From NCBI GenBank assembly GCA_963731735.1, contig CAVSWO010000002.1, positions 64,529-128,528 on the forward strand: a DNA stretch of 64,000 bases, in the 5' to 3' direction. This document shows, piece by piece, positions 18,771 to 28,582 of this stretch. Positions within the stretch are counted from its first letter, which is position 1, and each line of letters starts with the position of its first letter. The position numbers were made by a program, and so were the translations under genes. The stretch comes from Candidatus Kerfeldbacteria bacterium (GTDB taxonomy: Bacteria > Patescibacteriota > Patescibacteriia > SBBC01 > CAIJZX01). A model generated the notes under the pieces. That model did no database searches. It was not told the DNA's origin and worked only from the letters and a program-made list of their open reading frames with translations.

Positions 18771-18840
18771 GGGCCGACCTTAGCATGGAAGGGTTGGTGT
18801 GTCAACCCCTAACAAAAACCCCGCTTGGCGGGGCTGTGGG

Positions 18841-19149
18841 TTAGGCCGTGATCTGGTCGATCTTGACCTGCGTGTAGCGCTGGCGATGGCCCTTGGTTCG
18901 CATGTAGCGGACCTTGTTGTGAAACTTAATGCCGGTAACTTTCTTGGCCTGCCCGTGACGAACCACGGTGGCGGTTACTTTGGCGCCTTTGACCGTCGGC
19001 GCGCCAACCTTGGTATCTTTTTCAGACACCAGCAGAACATCATCAAAGACCACCGGTTTCCCGGCTTCGGCTTTCAGGGTTTCAACGCGGAGCAGCTGCC
19101 CCGGTTTGACCAGGTACTGTTTTCCGCCCGTTCGAATGACTGCAAACAT
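18841..19149 (-). CDS. rplU: 50S ribosomal protein L21
   Basis: MFAVIRTGGKQY, GHRQ. Confidence 0.97.
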   Translation of the reverse strand: MFAVIRTGGKQYLVKPGQLLRVETLKAEAGKPVVFDDVLLVSEKDTKVGAPTVKGAKVTATVVRHGQAKKVTGIKFHNKVRYMRTKGHRQRYTQVKIDQITA

Positions 19150-19183
19150 AACTCGGCTACTCTACCCGACTTTCAGCCCGCTG

Positions 19184-19714
19184 TCAATGGGAACCCGGCG
19201 AGCTGAAGAAACTTGCCCGCGGCGGCTCGAATTCGACCACGTCCCCGACCTGTAAACCATGGGCGGTTGCGAACCCGGCTCGAACCTCCAGCACACTGTC
19301 AGTTACCTGCCGAGGCTTATAAATTGGTAGCTGCGCTTCGGGCGTGGCCGGTGGCGGTATGTCGGCGGTAATTTCGACAATCCGACCATCGCGAATCCAC
19401 AGAATATCAATGGGAATTACCATATCCTTCATCCAAAAGGCTGGGATTTTGGCGGTTTGGTAAAGCCACAGCATGCCTTGACTGTCCGATAATCCGGTTC
19501 GGCCCGCTAACCCCTGCGCCTGCCGGGCGGGAGTTACAGGAATAGTGGTGTGAATCGAGAAATCGGAAAACTTTACGTCGGCTTGGGCGTAATCTTGGGC
19601 GGTTGTATTCGTCAGCGATTGTTGCATAAACCAACTATGAATGTCAGGCCAGGCGCTCCAAGCGAACAGGCTCAAGGCGATAACCAATCCAGCCGTCAAC
19701 CATCTGCCAATCAT
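19184..19714 (-). CDS. DUF192 domain protein
   Basis: GL..R...GML, FWMKDM.IPIDILWI, VLEV.AG. Confidence 0.9.
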   Translation of the reverse strand: MIGRWLTAGLVIALSLFAWSAWPDIHSWFMQQSLTNTTAQDYAQADVKFSDFSIHTTIPVTPARQAQGLAGRTGLSDSQGMLWLYQTAKIPAFWMKDMVIPIDILWIRDGRIVEITADIPPPATPEAQLPIYKPRQVTDSVLEVRAGFATAHGLQVGDVVEFEPPRASFFSSPGSH

Positions 19715-19718
19715 GTGG

Positions 19719-20828
19719 TTACGATAGCGAAGATGGGGGCGTTTGTCGACGGATCCGCCGCGCCACCCAGCTAACCAGCCCGATCAACACCAGGCCGACG
19801 CCCGCCAAGGCCCACAATTTAGCTCGGCCGCTGAAGAATAAGGTTGAAGCGCCGAACAAGGCGATCACCCCGTACAGCAGCCAGACCGACTGCCGAACGC
19901 TCAGTCCAGCATCGAGTAAACGAAAATGCAAATGCGAACGGTCGGCCGTGCGCCAGGGCGAGGTTTTTTGAATAAAACGGCGCTGAAAAATTACCCAAGC
20001 CAGATCAAGAATCGGCAAGCCCATGATGAGCAGGGCGGTCGCGATTTTCCCGCCGGAGATAATGGCCAAGACTCCCAGCATAAACCCGATATACAGCGCG
20101 CCACTCTCGCCCAGGAATATCGAAGCCGGCGACCAGTTGAAAAGTAAAAACCCCAGTGCCGCGCCAGCCAGGCCCAGTCCCAGCAGCGCGACCGCCGGTT
20201 GATTGACCTCTGGGCGAAGTGTCAGTAAAAAAATGATGATCGAACCGATCACGCCCAGCCCGCTGACTAAACCGTCGAGTCCGTCTAAAATTTTGGTGGT
20301 GTACATCATGCCCATCAACCAGACCAGCGTGAAGGCGTCCGCCCAGAGCGTCAATTGGTAAGCAATTCCATGCCAAGAAAAAACCGGCAATTCCCATTGA
20401 ACCAGGTGCAGCAGTCCGCCGAACGGGTTGGTGATTTCGGTAATACCGATGCCGGCAATTATGACGACCGCCGTCGCCACCAGCGGCCAGACAATTTGCT
20501 GGCTGGGATTCAGGCCGAAGCGATCATCCAGCGCCCCACCCACACCCAGCAAAACCGCCGCGATGGTCAGTCCGATTAAATACTTGAGCGGAAAATCTTG
20601 ACTGACTATTTGCCCCTGGGCGGTGATGATCCACCAACTGCCGAGTGAGGCCAATATTACCGCCAGGCCACCGAGAAGCGGCACGGCCCGGGTATGTTGT
20701 TTTCGATCTGGGGCTGATTCGGGACGATCAAGCACCTGCCAACGAACAGCCAGCCATCGAACCAGCCAGGTCAGGAACACCGCCAACGTAAAGCTTAATC
20801 CGAAGGCTTCAAAATACCAGCTGGTCAT
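19719..20828 (-). CDS. WecA/TagO-like undecaprenyl-phosphate sugar-1-phosphate transferase (MraY family)
   Basis: PLLGG, GALDD, DGLDGL, IFLGESG, HLHFRLL. Confidence 0.9.
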   Translation of the reverse strand: MTSWYFEAFGLSFTLAVFLTWLVRWLAVRWQVLDRPESAPDRKQHTRAVPLLGGLAVILASLGSWWIITAQGQIVSQDFPLKYLIGLTIAAVLLGVGGALDDRFGLNPSQQIVWPLVATAVVIIAGIGITEITNPFGGLLHLVQWELPVFSWHGIAYQLTLWADAFTLVWLMGMMYTTKILDGLDGLVSGLGVIGSIIIFLLTLRPEVNQPAVALLGLGLAGAALGFLLFNWSPASIFLGESGALYIGFMLGVLAIISGGKIATALLIMGLPILDLAWVIFQRRFIQKTSPWRTADRSHLHFRLLDAGLSVRQSVWLLYGVIALFGASTLFFSGRAKLWALAGVGLVLIGLVSWVARRIRRQTPPSSLS

Positions 20829-21232
20829 GCCTGTTCTGTTAAATAGCTCTCCAGCAATAATTGCGCGGCCAAACTATCTTCCTGGCCACGCGTCAGGTGC
20901 ATACCCGCGGCTTGCTGCTCGCGTTGTACCGCCTGCGTGGTCAACCGTTCATCGCGGTACTCGATGGGTTGGGAAATGGTCTGGGCTAAGTGTTGCCCAA
21001 ATTCACGGACTCGCGCTGCTTGCGGTCCGAGCCGTCCGTCCGTCTGCAATGGGAGTCCCAGGATTACCCGCTCAATCCCTTCGTCGGCAACAATTTTTTT
21101 GAGTGGCTGCCAGGCTTGCTCCCAATTTTCAACCAGCAGCGCCGGGCGAGCAAACGCAAAGGCCTGATCCGTCTGGCCGACGGCTACCCCGATTTTTCGT
21201 TCCCCGACATCAAGGGCCAGCACCTTAGCCAT
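20825..21232 (-). CDS. ruvX: YqgF/RuvX resolvase-like nuclease
   Basis: LALDVGERKIGVA, GLP, DERLTT, DSLAA. Confidence 0.93.
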   Translation of the reverse strand: MAKVLALDVGERKIGVAVGQTDQAFAFARPALLVENWEQAWQPLKKIVADEGIERVILGLPLQTDGRLGPQAARVREFGQHLAQTISQPIEYRDERLTTQAVQREQQAAGMHLTRGQEDSLAAQLLLESYLTEQA

Positions 21233-21980
21233 GCAGATCGGTAATTACCTCGTGCCCACGTTTCGTAACGCGAATGGTGTGTTCAAAATGCGCCGCCAGG
21301 CTGTGATCAACCGTTTCAATCGTCCACCCGTCGGCCAACGTCCGAACAGCCGGGTCGCCGAGCGTGACCATTGGTTCAATCGCCAGGACTTCACCTTCCG
21401 CCAGTTCAGGTCCGCTGCCGGCCGGCCCGACATTCGGAATCGGTGGCGCTTCGTGCACCGCCCGGCCAACCCCGTGTCCCGTCAGCTGCGTCACGATACC
21501 GTATCCGTGCGGTTCAAGGGACTGCTCGATCGCGGCGCTGATGTCGCCCACGTGATTCCCGGCTTTAGCTTGGCGGATCCCGGCTTGCAAAGCCGCCCGG
21601 GTGTGTCGGATCAATTGTTTGGCTTCGTTCGGAACTCGACCGACCGCGACGGTAATCGCGTGATCGGTGAAGGCGCCCTGGTAATTGACCCCCAGGTCTA
21701 ATCCCACCACGTCACCGGCTTGGATCGATCGAGTCGAATCCGGAATGCCGTGCACTACTTCGTGATTGACCGACACGCACAGAGCCGCCGGATAATTTTG
21801 AAATCCAAGAAACGACGGCTGGCCGCCCTGGGCTTCGATTTCATGCCGCGCGATGGCGTCTAGTTCGGCCGTCGTCACCCCGGGCGCCACGGCTTTCCTG
21901 ACCGCCTCCATGGCAGTCGCTAAAATTTTCCCGCTGGTACGTAACCGGTCTATTTCTTCCGGCTGGATGATGAGAGCCAT
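21225..21980 (-). CDS. map: Methionine aminopeptidase
   Basis: SVNHEVVHGIP, GHGVG, AIEPM, AHFEHT. Confidence 0.97.
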   Translation of the reverse strand: MALIIQPEEIDRLRTSGKILATAMEAVRKAVAPGVTTAELDAIARHEIEAQGGQPSFLGFQNYPAALCVSVNHEVVHGIPDSTRSIQAGDVVGLDLGVNYQGAFTDHAITVAVGRVPNEAKQLIRHTRAALQAGIRQAKAGNHVGDISAAIEQSLEPHGYGIVTQLTGHGVGRAVHEAPPIPNVGPAGSGPELAEGEVLAIEPMVTLGDPAVRTLADGWTIETVDHSLAAHFEHTIRVTKRGHEVITDLHG

Positions 21981-22624
21981 GGGTATTTTCGAAGTTTGCT
22001 CAATATCTGTCGATAGACCCGCGGGATGGATTGACTGGCATCAACTTCAATCACCAGTCCGCGATGACGATAATAAGCGATCACCGGCTCGGTGCTGTGA
22101 TGAAAAATATGCAGCCGTTTACGAATCGCGGCCGGTGTATCATCTTCGCGTTGATGGAGTTTTAACCCATCATGATCGCAGTATCCGCGTCGCTTCTTCG
22201 GCGGATCGTGTCGAATGTGATAAATATGTCCATTGGTACAAACCCGCCGTCCGCTCAATCGACGAACCGCTTGCCGATCGAGAAAATGCAGATAGAGCAC
22301 GATGGTCGGTTGAATTTTCCCGTGCATCAGTTTGACTTGGTCCATGGAACGGGGAAAGCCGTCAAGAATCCACCCGCCCCGACAATCTGGTCGGCTTAAT
22401 CGATCTCGGGTGATGGCCACCGCTTGGGCCGGCGGAATCAGGTTGCCGGCATTGATGAGTTTCCCAAGTCGCCGCCCCCGGGCTGTCCCGCGAGCAACTT
22501 CTTGTCGGATTTCTTCACCCGTAGAAATATGCGGAATATGAAAACGATGGGACAAGCGTCCGGCTTGGGTCCCTTTGCCCGCGCCTTGCGGACCGAGAAT
22601 GACGAATTTCGGTAGTTGTTTCAT
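21950..22624 (-). CDS. adk: Adenylate kinase
   Basis: GPQGAGKGTQ, HISTG, DGFPR, REDD. Confidence 0.93.
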   Translation of the reverse strand: MKQLPKFVILGPQGAGKGTQAGRLSHRFHIPHISTGEEIRQEVARGTARGRRLGKLINAGNLIPPAQAVAITRDRLSRPDCRGGWILDGFPRSMDQVKLMHGKIQPTIVLYLHFLDRQAVRRLSGRRVCTNGHIYHIRHDPPKKRRGYCDHDGLKLHQREDDTPAAIRKRLHIFHHSTEPVIAYYRHRGLVIEVDASQSIPRVYRQILSKLRKYPWLSSSSRKK

Positions 22625-22728
22625 ACGGACGGAGTATACAGGAAAATTCTAAAATCCCAAACTGACTGGGCGGGAGTTTCGGGCGGACTCAGGCCGGTTT
22701 GCCGAAATTTTTAATATTCCGTGCTGAC

Positions 22729-24006
22729 TTAGAAGCCTTCGTAATCGCGGACGATCAGCTGGGATTCAACTTGCTTGACGGTCTCTATCACCACGCTCAC
22801 GACGATCAGCAACGATGTTCCGCCGACGATGAAGGTTGAAATATTCGTGAAACGTTGGACCAGGTTCGGCAGCACCGCAATGATCCCTAAAAACAAGGCG
22901 CCGGCCAAAATGATCCGGGTTGAAACAAAGCTTAAATACTCGGACGTCATGCGACCGGGTCGTATCCCCGGAATAAAGCCTCCCTGCTTCTGCAGATTTT
23001 CCGCGATCTGATCGGGATGAAAAACGACGGCCGTGTAAAAATACGTGAAAGCGAAGACCAGCACAAAGTAGACGCTGTCATAAAGTAACCCGCCGCTTTG
23101 AAAAACGCGCAGGGTGGTATTGGCGATTTGCTGCACCCAATCGAACCGGCTATTCACAAAGAATTGCGCGACCAGGGTCGGGGTCAGGACGATCGAAATT
23201 GCAAAGATAATCGGGATCACACCGGCTTGGTTGACCCGCAGCGGCAAAAACGTTTCGGCGCCACCGTAAACCTGGTTACCCTGAACGCGTCGAGCGTAGG
23301 TAACCGGAATTTTACGAATGGCTTCGGTCACAAACACCACCGCCACAATCGTGACTAGCGCAATTAACCCAAATCCGATCCATTGAGGGATCTGACTTGA
23401 ATCGAAAACCGCTAACGACCGGGAGAGGGTGGTCGGCACTTGGGCCACAATGCCGGCGAAAATCATCAACGAAATGCCATTACCGATTTTCTTTTCGGTA
23501 ATCAACTCACCCAGCCACATCAGGAACAGCGTACCGGCGGTGATCGTAATCAGGGCCGTAATGAATTGAAAGGTCGTAATGTCCGGCAGTACCTGCGGGG
23601 CCGCTCGGCGAATCAGGGTGATGGTGCCATATCCGGACAAAATCGCTAATGGAACCGTGGTGATACGGGTCCATTGATTGATTCGTTCCTGGCCGCGCTC
23701 CCCTTCTTTCTGGATTTTTTCGAGCGACGGGATAATCATTACCAGCAACTGGAAAATAATCGAGGCGGTGATATAGGGACCGACACCGAGCATCACGACT
23801 GAAAAACTTTGGAAGCCGCCGCCGGAAAATATGTTTAAGAGGCCGAGAAATTGATTGCTTTCAAAAAATGATCGCAAGGCAGCCAAGTTGACGCCCGGAA
23901 TTGGAATGTGAGCCGCCAGGCGGAATATGACCAGCAATCCGAGAACATAAAGAATCTTGTTCCGGACTTCTTTAATTTTCCAAACCAGGCTAATTTTTTC
24001 CCACAT
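22729..24006 (-). CDS. secY: Preprotein translocase SecY
   Basis: LGVGPYITASII, GVIPIIFA, IPGIRPG, GGTSLLI. Confidence 0.98.
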   Translation of the reverse strand: MWEKISLVWKIKEVRNKILYVLGLLVIFRLAAHIPIPGVNLAALRSFFESNQFLGLLNIFSGGGFQSFSVVMLGVGPYITASIIFQLLVMIIPSLEKIQKEGERGQERINQWTRITTVPLAILSGYGTITLIRRAAPQVLPDITTFQFITALITITAGTLFLMWLGELITEKKIGNGISLMIFAGIVAQVPTTLSRSLAVFDSSQIPQWIGFGLIALVTIVAVVFVTEAIRKIPVTYARRVQGNQVYGGAETFLPLRVNQAGVIPIIFAISIVLTPTLVAQFFVNSRFDWVQQIANTTLRVFQSGGLLYDSVYFVLVFAFTYFYTAVVFHPDQIAENLQKQGGFIPGIRPGRMTSEYLSFVSTRIILAGALFLGIIAVLPNLVQRFTNISTFIVGGTSLLIVVSVVIETVKQVESQLIVRDYEGF

Positions 24007-24012
24007 GGGTAA

Positions 24013-24474
24013 TTATTTTTTTGGCTCAGGAGACGGAGCCGGACGACGGACTTTGCTGCCGGCTGCTTCCAGACTGGCTTGCGCCGATTTTGACGTCGGG
24101 ACAGTCACGGTCCATTTCTTGGCCAGTTTGCTTTGGCCTAAAACTTTAACCCGCGTCTTGACGGTCGGAATCATTCCGGCTTGACGGAGCGCGGCGGCAT
24201 TGATCGTGGCACCATCCGGAAATTTTGCATCCAGTTGCTTCAACGTTATAGCCACAACCACCGGTCGTCGGCTTTGGAAGCCACGAACTTTCGGCGTGCG
24301 TTCAACCAGGCGCTTGAGACTGCGACGTAACAACTTGTTACGACCACCGGTTCGCGCCCGTTGGCCTTTGGTCCCGCGACCGGCCGTGGTGCCTTTGCCT
24401 GAAGCGTCGCCCCGCCCAACCCGTTTGGTGCGGTTTCGACGCTGCGATGGACGCAGGGTGTGCAGTTCAATCAT
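24013..24474 (-). CDS. rplO: 50S ribosomal protein L15
   Basis: RVGRG..SGKGTTAGRGTKGQRAR; spc gene order. Confidence 0.95.
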   Translation of the reverse strand: MIELHTLRPSQRRNRTKRVGRGDASGKGTTAGRGTKGQRARTGGRNKLLRRSLKRLVERTPKVRGFQSRRPVVVAITLKQLDAKFPDGATINAAALRQAGMIPTVKTRVKVLGQSKLAKKWTVTVPTSKSAQASLEAAGSKVRRPAPSPEPKK

Positions 24475-24992
24475 GCGCTTTTCCCCCGTTCTTGTAAGCG
24501 GCTTTCCCGGGTCCGAAGATCGCCCAGGGCCTGCATGACCGCGTACAAATTATTGATCTTGTTTGGTGAACCCATGATTTTACTGACCACATTCTTAACA
24601 CCGGCTAATTCCATAATGGCCCGAATGGCTCCGCCGGCGATCACACCGCTCCCAGGCGGCGCCGGTTTCAACATCACCTTGGCGGCTCCGTACTTGACGG
24701 TAATGGCGTGTGGAATGGTGCCTTCCACCAGCGGCACCCGTAACAGTTTCTTCCGAGCGGCGGTCGCGGCTTTCTGGATGGCGATTGAAACATCTGATCC
24801 TTTGGCGATCCCGATACCGACTCGGCCCTTTTGGTCGCCAATCGCAACCGTCGCACGAAATCGCATGCGTTTTCCGCCGGCCACGACGCGTGTCACTCGA
24901 CTGAGCTCGATCGTCTTTTGTTCGAACTCCTTCGGTTCGCGGGGACCGCGGCGGGAGCGTCGACGTTGGGATGAATGGTTTGGTGAGGGCAT
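24471..24992 (-). CDS. rpsE: 30S ribosomal protein S5
   Basis: RVTRVVAGGKRMRF, PAPPGSGVIAGG. Confidence 0.97.
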   Translation of the reverse strand: MPSPNHSSQRRRSRRGPREPKEFEQKTIELSRVTRVVAGGKRMRFRATVAIGDQKGRVGIGIAKGSDVSIAIQKAATAARKKLLRVPLVEGTIPHAITVKYGAAKVMLKPAPPGSGVIAGGAIRAIMELAGVKNVVSKIMGSPNKINNLYAVMQALGDLRTRESRLQERGKSA

Positions 24993-24995
24993 AGG

Positions 24996-25334
24996 TTAGA
25001 ATTTCAATCCGTGTTCGCGAGCCGCTTCAGCTAAAGCTTTGACGCGGCCGTGAAAGCGGTGGCCACCGCGATCAAACACACAAGTGGTAATTTTGGCGGC
25101 GGTGGCTTGCTCGGCCAGGAGTTTCCCAACCGCCGCCGCTCGCTCGGTTTTTGTGCCGGTTGTGAGCTGCATATCGCTCGCGCTCGCCAGGGTCCGGCCG
25201 GCTTGATCGTCAATCAGCTGGGCGCGCAGGTGTTTGGCACTCCGAAACACGGCTAAACGCGGGCGGGCAGCGGTACCAGTCAGACGGGCGCGGACGCGAC
25301 GATGGCGATGGATACGAGAACGAGTTTTGATCAT
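24996..25334 (-). CDS. rplR: 50S ribosomal protein L18
   Basis: [19 protein letters not shown]. Confidence 0.97.
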   Translation of the reverse strand: MIKTRSRIHRHRRVRARLTGTAARPRLAVFRSAKHLRAQLIDDQAGRTLASASDMQLTTGTKTERAAAVGKLLAEQATAAKITTCVFDRGGHRFHGRVKALAEAAREHGLKF

Positions 25335-25349
25335 AACACTATGGTGAGC

Positions 25350-25901
25350 TTAGCCTGCGCCGGCAGCTTTGACAACTTTTCCGGCTTTGCGACGAATAGT
25401 TTCGTCAACATATTTAATCCCTTTGCCTTTGTAGGGTTCAGGTTTCCGAATTGATCGAATTTTAGCGGCGGTTTCGCCGACCAATTGTTTATCTATCCCG
25501 CTAACGGCAATCACGTTCTTCTCGACTTTAATATCAATGCCGGCCGGGATAGTAAAATCAACCGGATGCGAAAATCCAACATTCAAGACCAAATTTGATC
25601 CGTTGACGGTTGCCCGATATCCGACGCCGTTGATTTCTAATTGCTTGGTGAAGCCTTGACTGACGCCAACCACCAAATTGCGGACCAGCACCCGAATCAG
25701 TCCCCACAGCGCACGCTGCGTTTGTTGATCGGGTTGCTTAACCGAAACCGTCAATTGCTGATCTGTTTGCGTAACCGTTACACCGGCTGGAATATCTAAC
25801 CCCAAGGTGCCTTTCGGTCCTTTGACGTCAATCCGGGCGTCCGTGATACTCGCGGTGACGCCGTCGGGAATCGGAATGGGAAGTTTACCAATACGTGACA
25901 T
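25350..25901 (-). CDS. rplF: 50S ribosomal protein L6
   Basis: MSRIGK, PEPYKGKGI. Confidence 0.98.
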   Translation of the reverse strand: MSRIGKLPIPIPDGVTASITDARIDVKGPKGTLGLDIPAGVTVTQTDQQLTVSVKQPDQQTQRALWGLIRVLVRNLVVGVSQGFTKQLEINGVGYRATVNGSNLVLNVGFSHPVDFTIPAGIDIKVEKNVIAVSGIDKQLVGETAAKIRSIRKPEPYKGKGIKYVDETIRRKAGKVVKAAGAG

Positions 25902-25906
25902 ATGCT

Positions 25907-26290
25907 TTAGGAAATTTCGAAAACAATTTCACCACCAAGTTTTTGTTTGCGAGCTTCATGGTTCGTCATCAAGCCCTTGGAAGTTGAAATGATGGCCATA
26001 CCCAGTCCGCTTAAGACATGCGGCAACTCTTGACGCTTCGCATAGACGCGGTGACCAGGTTTGCTGATGCGTTTAATTTCTCGAATAATCGGCTGACCAT
26101 GATCATACTTCAAGAGGATCTTGATGCCTTGGTTATCATCCACGATCGCCATACCGGCAATCCAGCCTTCACGTTCCAATAATTGGACGATCGCGTATTT
26201 CATTTTTGAGTACGGCACCACCAGCTCAATTTGGCTAGCCATTTGAGCATTGCGAATGCGGGACAGGAGATCGGCGATTGGATCAGTCAT
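25907..26290 (-). CDS. rpsH: 30S ribosomal protein S8
   Basis: MTDPIADLL.RIRN, ISKPG.RVY, STSKG. Confidence 0.97.
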   Translation of the reverse strand: MTDPIADLLSRIRNAQMASQIELVVPYSKMKYAIVQLLEREGWIAGMAIVDDNQGIKILLKYDHGQPIIREIKRISKPGHRVYAKRQELPHVLSGLGMAIISTSKGLMTNHEARKQKLGGEIVFEIS

Positions 26291-26298
26291 AGGGGTGC

Positions 26299-26484
26299 TT
26301 ACCATGAGGATTTGGTGATACCCGGAACATCGCCTTTGTTGGCAAGTTCACGGAAACAAATACGACACAGGTCAAAATCTCGGATATATCCGCGTTTGCG
26401 GCCACAGCGCCAGCAGCGTCGGACCAGGCGGGTCGAATATTTCGGACGTCGTTTGGATTTTGCGATTTGTGCGGAGGTAGCCAT
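26299..26484 (-). CDS. rpsN: 30S ribosomal protein S14, zinc-binding type
   Basis: RCWRCGR...LCRICFRE. Confidence 0.96.
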   Translation of the reverse strand: MATSAQIAKSKRRPKYSTRLVRRCWRCGRKRGYIRDFDLCRICFRELANKGDVPGITKSSW

Positions 26485-26487
26485 AGA

Positions 26488-27039
26488 TTAGGATGGTGAG
26501 GATGCAAAGGGGAAACCAAGTTCGGTTAACAGCTGTTGGGCCTGGTCAGTCGTGGCTGCTGAAGTCACGATGGTAATTTCTAAGCCATGCATGTGTTCAA
26601 CTTCATCACTGCGAATTTCCGGAAAAGCTGTATGCTCCTTGATGCCGAGGGTTAAGTTCGAACTGCCGCCGAATGCTTTCGGATCAATGCCGTGAAAATC
26701 GCGTACGCGAGGCAGACTGACGCGAATCAATTTATCAAGAAATTCCCACATCCGGGCACCGCGCAAGGTCACCTTGGCCCCAATCACCATGCCCGCCCGT
26801 AACTTGAAAGACGCAATTGATTTCTTGGCTTTCGTCATTGACGGTTTTTGTCCGGTCACGCGTTCCAGGGTCTTGACCACGGTTTCCTGGTGCTTTGGAT
26901 CTTTCAAGTGTTTGCCAAAGCCAGCGTTCAGGACAATCTTGGTGACCGTCGGGATAGCATGCGGATTCTTCAGCTCGAGCGTTTTGGCCAGCTTGGGAAC
27001 CACGGATTTGCGGTAGTGGGTGAGCAGTTCAGGGGTCAT
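26488..27039 (-). CDS. rplE: 50S ribosomal protein L5
   Basis: KSIASFKLR, VTLRG, LPRVRDF. Confidence 0.97.
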   Translation of the reverse strand: MTPELLTHYRKSVVPKLAKTLELKNPHAIPTVTKIVLNAGFGKHLKDPKHQETVVKTLERVTGQKPSMTKAKKSIASFKLRAGMVIGAKVTLRGARMWEFLDKLIRVSLPRVRDFHGIDPKAFGGSSNLTLGIKEHTAFPEIRSDEVEHMHGLEITIVTSAATTDQAQQLLTELGFPFASSPS

Positions 27040-27041
27040 AG

Positions 27042-27359
27042 TTAGGAAGCGGTTTCTCCGGTCCGAATCACGCGGCGGACGCGTTTCTTATCGACCACGG
27101 TTGAACCGAGTCGGGTTGGTTGATTGGACTTACTGTCGATAAACATCACATTCGAGGCGTCAACCGGTGCATTAAACTGAATCTGTTGGCCTTTTTCCCC
27201 TTGTTGGCGGGCGCGGATATTCTTGGTCATGGAGTTCATGCCTTCAACCACGACTTTGTTCAACTTCGGAAAGACCTGCGTAATTTTTCCACGCTTGCCC
27301 TTATCCTTGCCGATCAGGATCATGACTGTGTCGCCGGTTTTGAGTTTCAGGTGAGCCAT
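27042..27359 (-). CDS. rplX: 50S ribosomal protein L24
   Basis: KOW motif GD.V.ILIGKDKGK.G. Confidence 0.96.
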   Translation of the reverse strand: MAHLKLKTGDTVMILIGKDKGKRGKITQVFPKLNKVVVEGMNSMTKNIRARQQGEKGQQIQFNAPVDASNVMFIDSKSNQPTRLGSTVVDKKRVRRVIRTGETAS

Positions 27360-27360
27360 A

Positions 27361-27732
27361 TTAGAGGACCTCCGGCGCTAAGGATGCAATCTTGGAAAAA
27401 CCACGCGCTTTGACTTCCCGGGCGATCGGTCCGAAAATGCGCGTGCCTTTCGGTTCTTTCGTTTCTGGATCAATAATCACACCGGCGTTGTCTGAAAATC
27501 GAATATACGAACCGTCTTTGCGTCGGAATTCCTTACGCTGCCGAACAACCACTAAGTGCACCACTTCGCCTTTCTTGACCATGCCGTGTGGCGTGGCTTC
27601 TTTGACCGAGGCGGTCACGATGTCACCCAGTTGCGCGTAGCGCTTTTTGTAGCCACCCCAAACCCGGAAAACGGCCACGCGTTTGGCGCCGGTGTTGTCT
27701 GCTAAGGCCATGATAGTGCGGAGCTGCATCAT
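27361..27732 (-). CDS. rplN: 50S ribosomal protein L14
   Basis: [23 protein letters not shown]. Confidence 0.98.
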   Translation of the reverse strand: MMQLRTIMALADNTGAKRVAVFRVWGGYKKRYAQLGDIVTASVKEATPHGMVKKGEVVHLVVVRQRKEFRRKDGSYIRFSDNAGVIIDPETKEPKGTRIFGPIAREVKARGFSKIASLAPEVL

Positions 27733-27968
27733 ACGCGTTGAACTACTTTCCAGCGCTTAAGGCGCGATAACGGACGCATGGCAGCAATTACCACCTGATC
27801 GCCGGTATGATACTGATTCTGCGGATCGTGAGCGTGGAAACGGCGACTGACAATGTAGCGTTTCCCGTACTTCGGATGCATGACGGTCCGTTCAACTTTA
27901 ACCACGACGGTCTTATCCATTTTGTCAGACACCACGGTGCCGGTAAATTGTCGGAGTTGCTTATTCAT
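27729..27968 (-). CDS. rpsQ: 30S ribosomal protein S17
   Basis: [27 protein letters not shown]. Confidence 0.97.
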   Translation of the reverse strand: MNKQLRQFTGTVVSDKMDKTVVVKVERTVMHPKYGKRYIVSRRFHAHDPQNQYHTGDQVVIAAMRPLSRLKRWKVVQRV

Positions 27969-28161
27969 GGGTAGGTTTTGCTTGGATTGCTAAGCGCGTC
28001 AGAATCCGGGCAATCTCTTGTTTACGCTCACGGATATCACGGACGTCTTTGTGCTGGCCCTGCGCTACTTTGAAACGCAGGTCGCGCAGCTGGGCCCGAG
28101 CTTGAGCCAATTGGCGCTGCAATTCTTGCGGGCTCTTATGTTGGAGTTCAGAATATTTCAT
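27961..28161 (-). CDS. rpmC: 50S ribosomal protein L29
   Basis: LRF...IARILT; position. Confidence 0.93.
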   Translation of the reverse strand: MKYSELQHKSPQELQRQLAQARAQLRDLRFKVAQGQHKDVRDIRERKQEIARILTRLAIQAKPTHE

Positions 28162-28577
28162 ACTGAGGACGTTTGGCGGGCAATGAATTTGGTCTTGACC
28201 GGCAATTTATACGCTGCCAGGCGCATGGCTTCTTTGGCAACATCTTCCTTGACGCCATCCATTTCGAACAGCATGGTACCGGGTTTGACGACCACCACAT
28301 AGTGATCAACCGCGCCTTTGCCGCCGCCCATCCGGATTTCATTGCCTTTAAAGGTCACTGGTTTATCAGGAAAAATACGGATCCAGATCTTCCCACCGCG
28401 TTGGACGAAGCGGGTCATGGCCCGACGAGCAGCTTCAATTTGCCGCGCGGTAACCCACTTGGATTCCAAGGCTTTCAGGCCGTAGCGGCCGAAGCTAACG
28501 TCCAGTTTGCTGGTGGCCTTGCCGCGGACGCGTCCGCGGTGCCATTTCCGGTGTTTAACTTTCTTGGGAGTAAGCAT
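28158..28577 (-). CDS. rplP: 50S ribosomal protein L16
   Basis: [21 protein letters not shown]. Confidence 0.98.
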   Translation of the reverse strand: MLTPKKVKHRKWHRGRVRGKATSKLDVSFGRYGLKALESKWVTARQIEAARRAMTRFVQRGGKIWIRIFPDKPVTFKGNEIRMGGGKGAVDHYVVVVKPGTMLFEMDGVKEDVAKEAMRLAAYKLPVKTKFIARQTSSV

Positions 28578-28582
28578 AAAAT

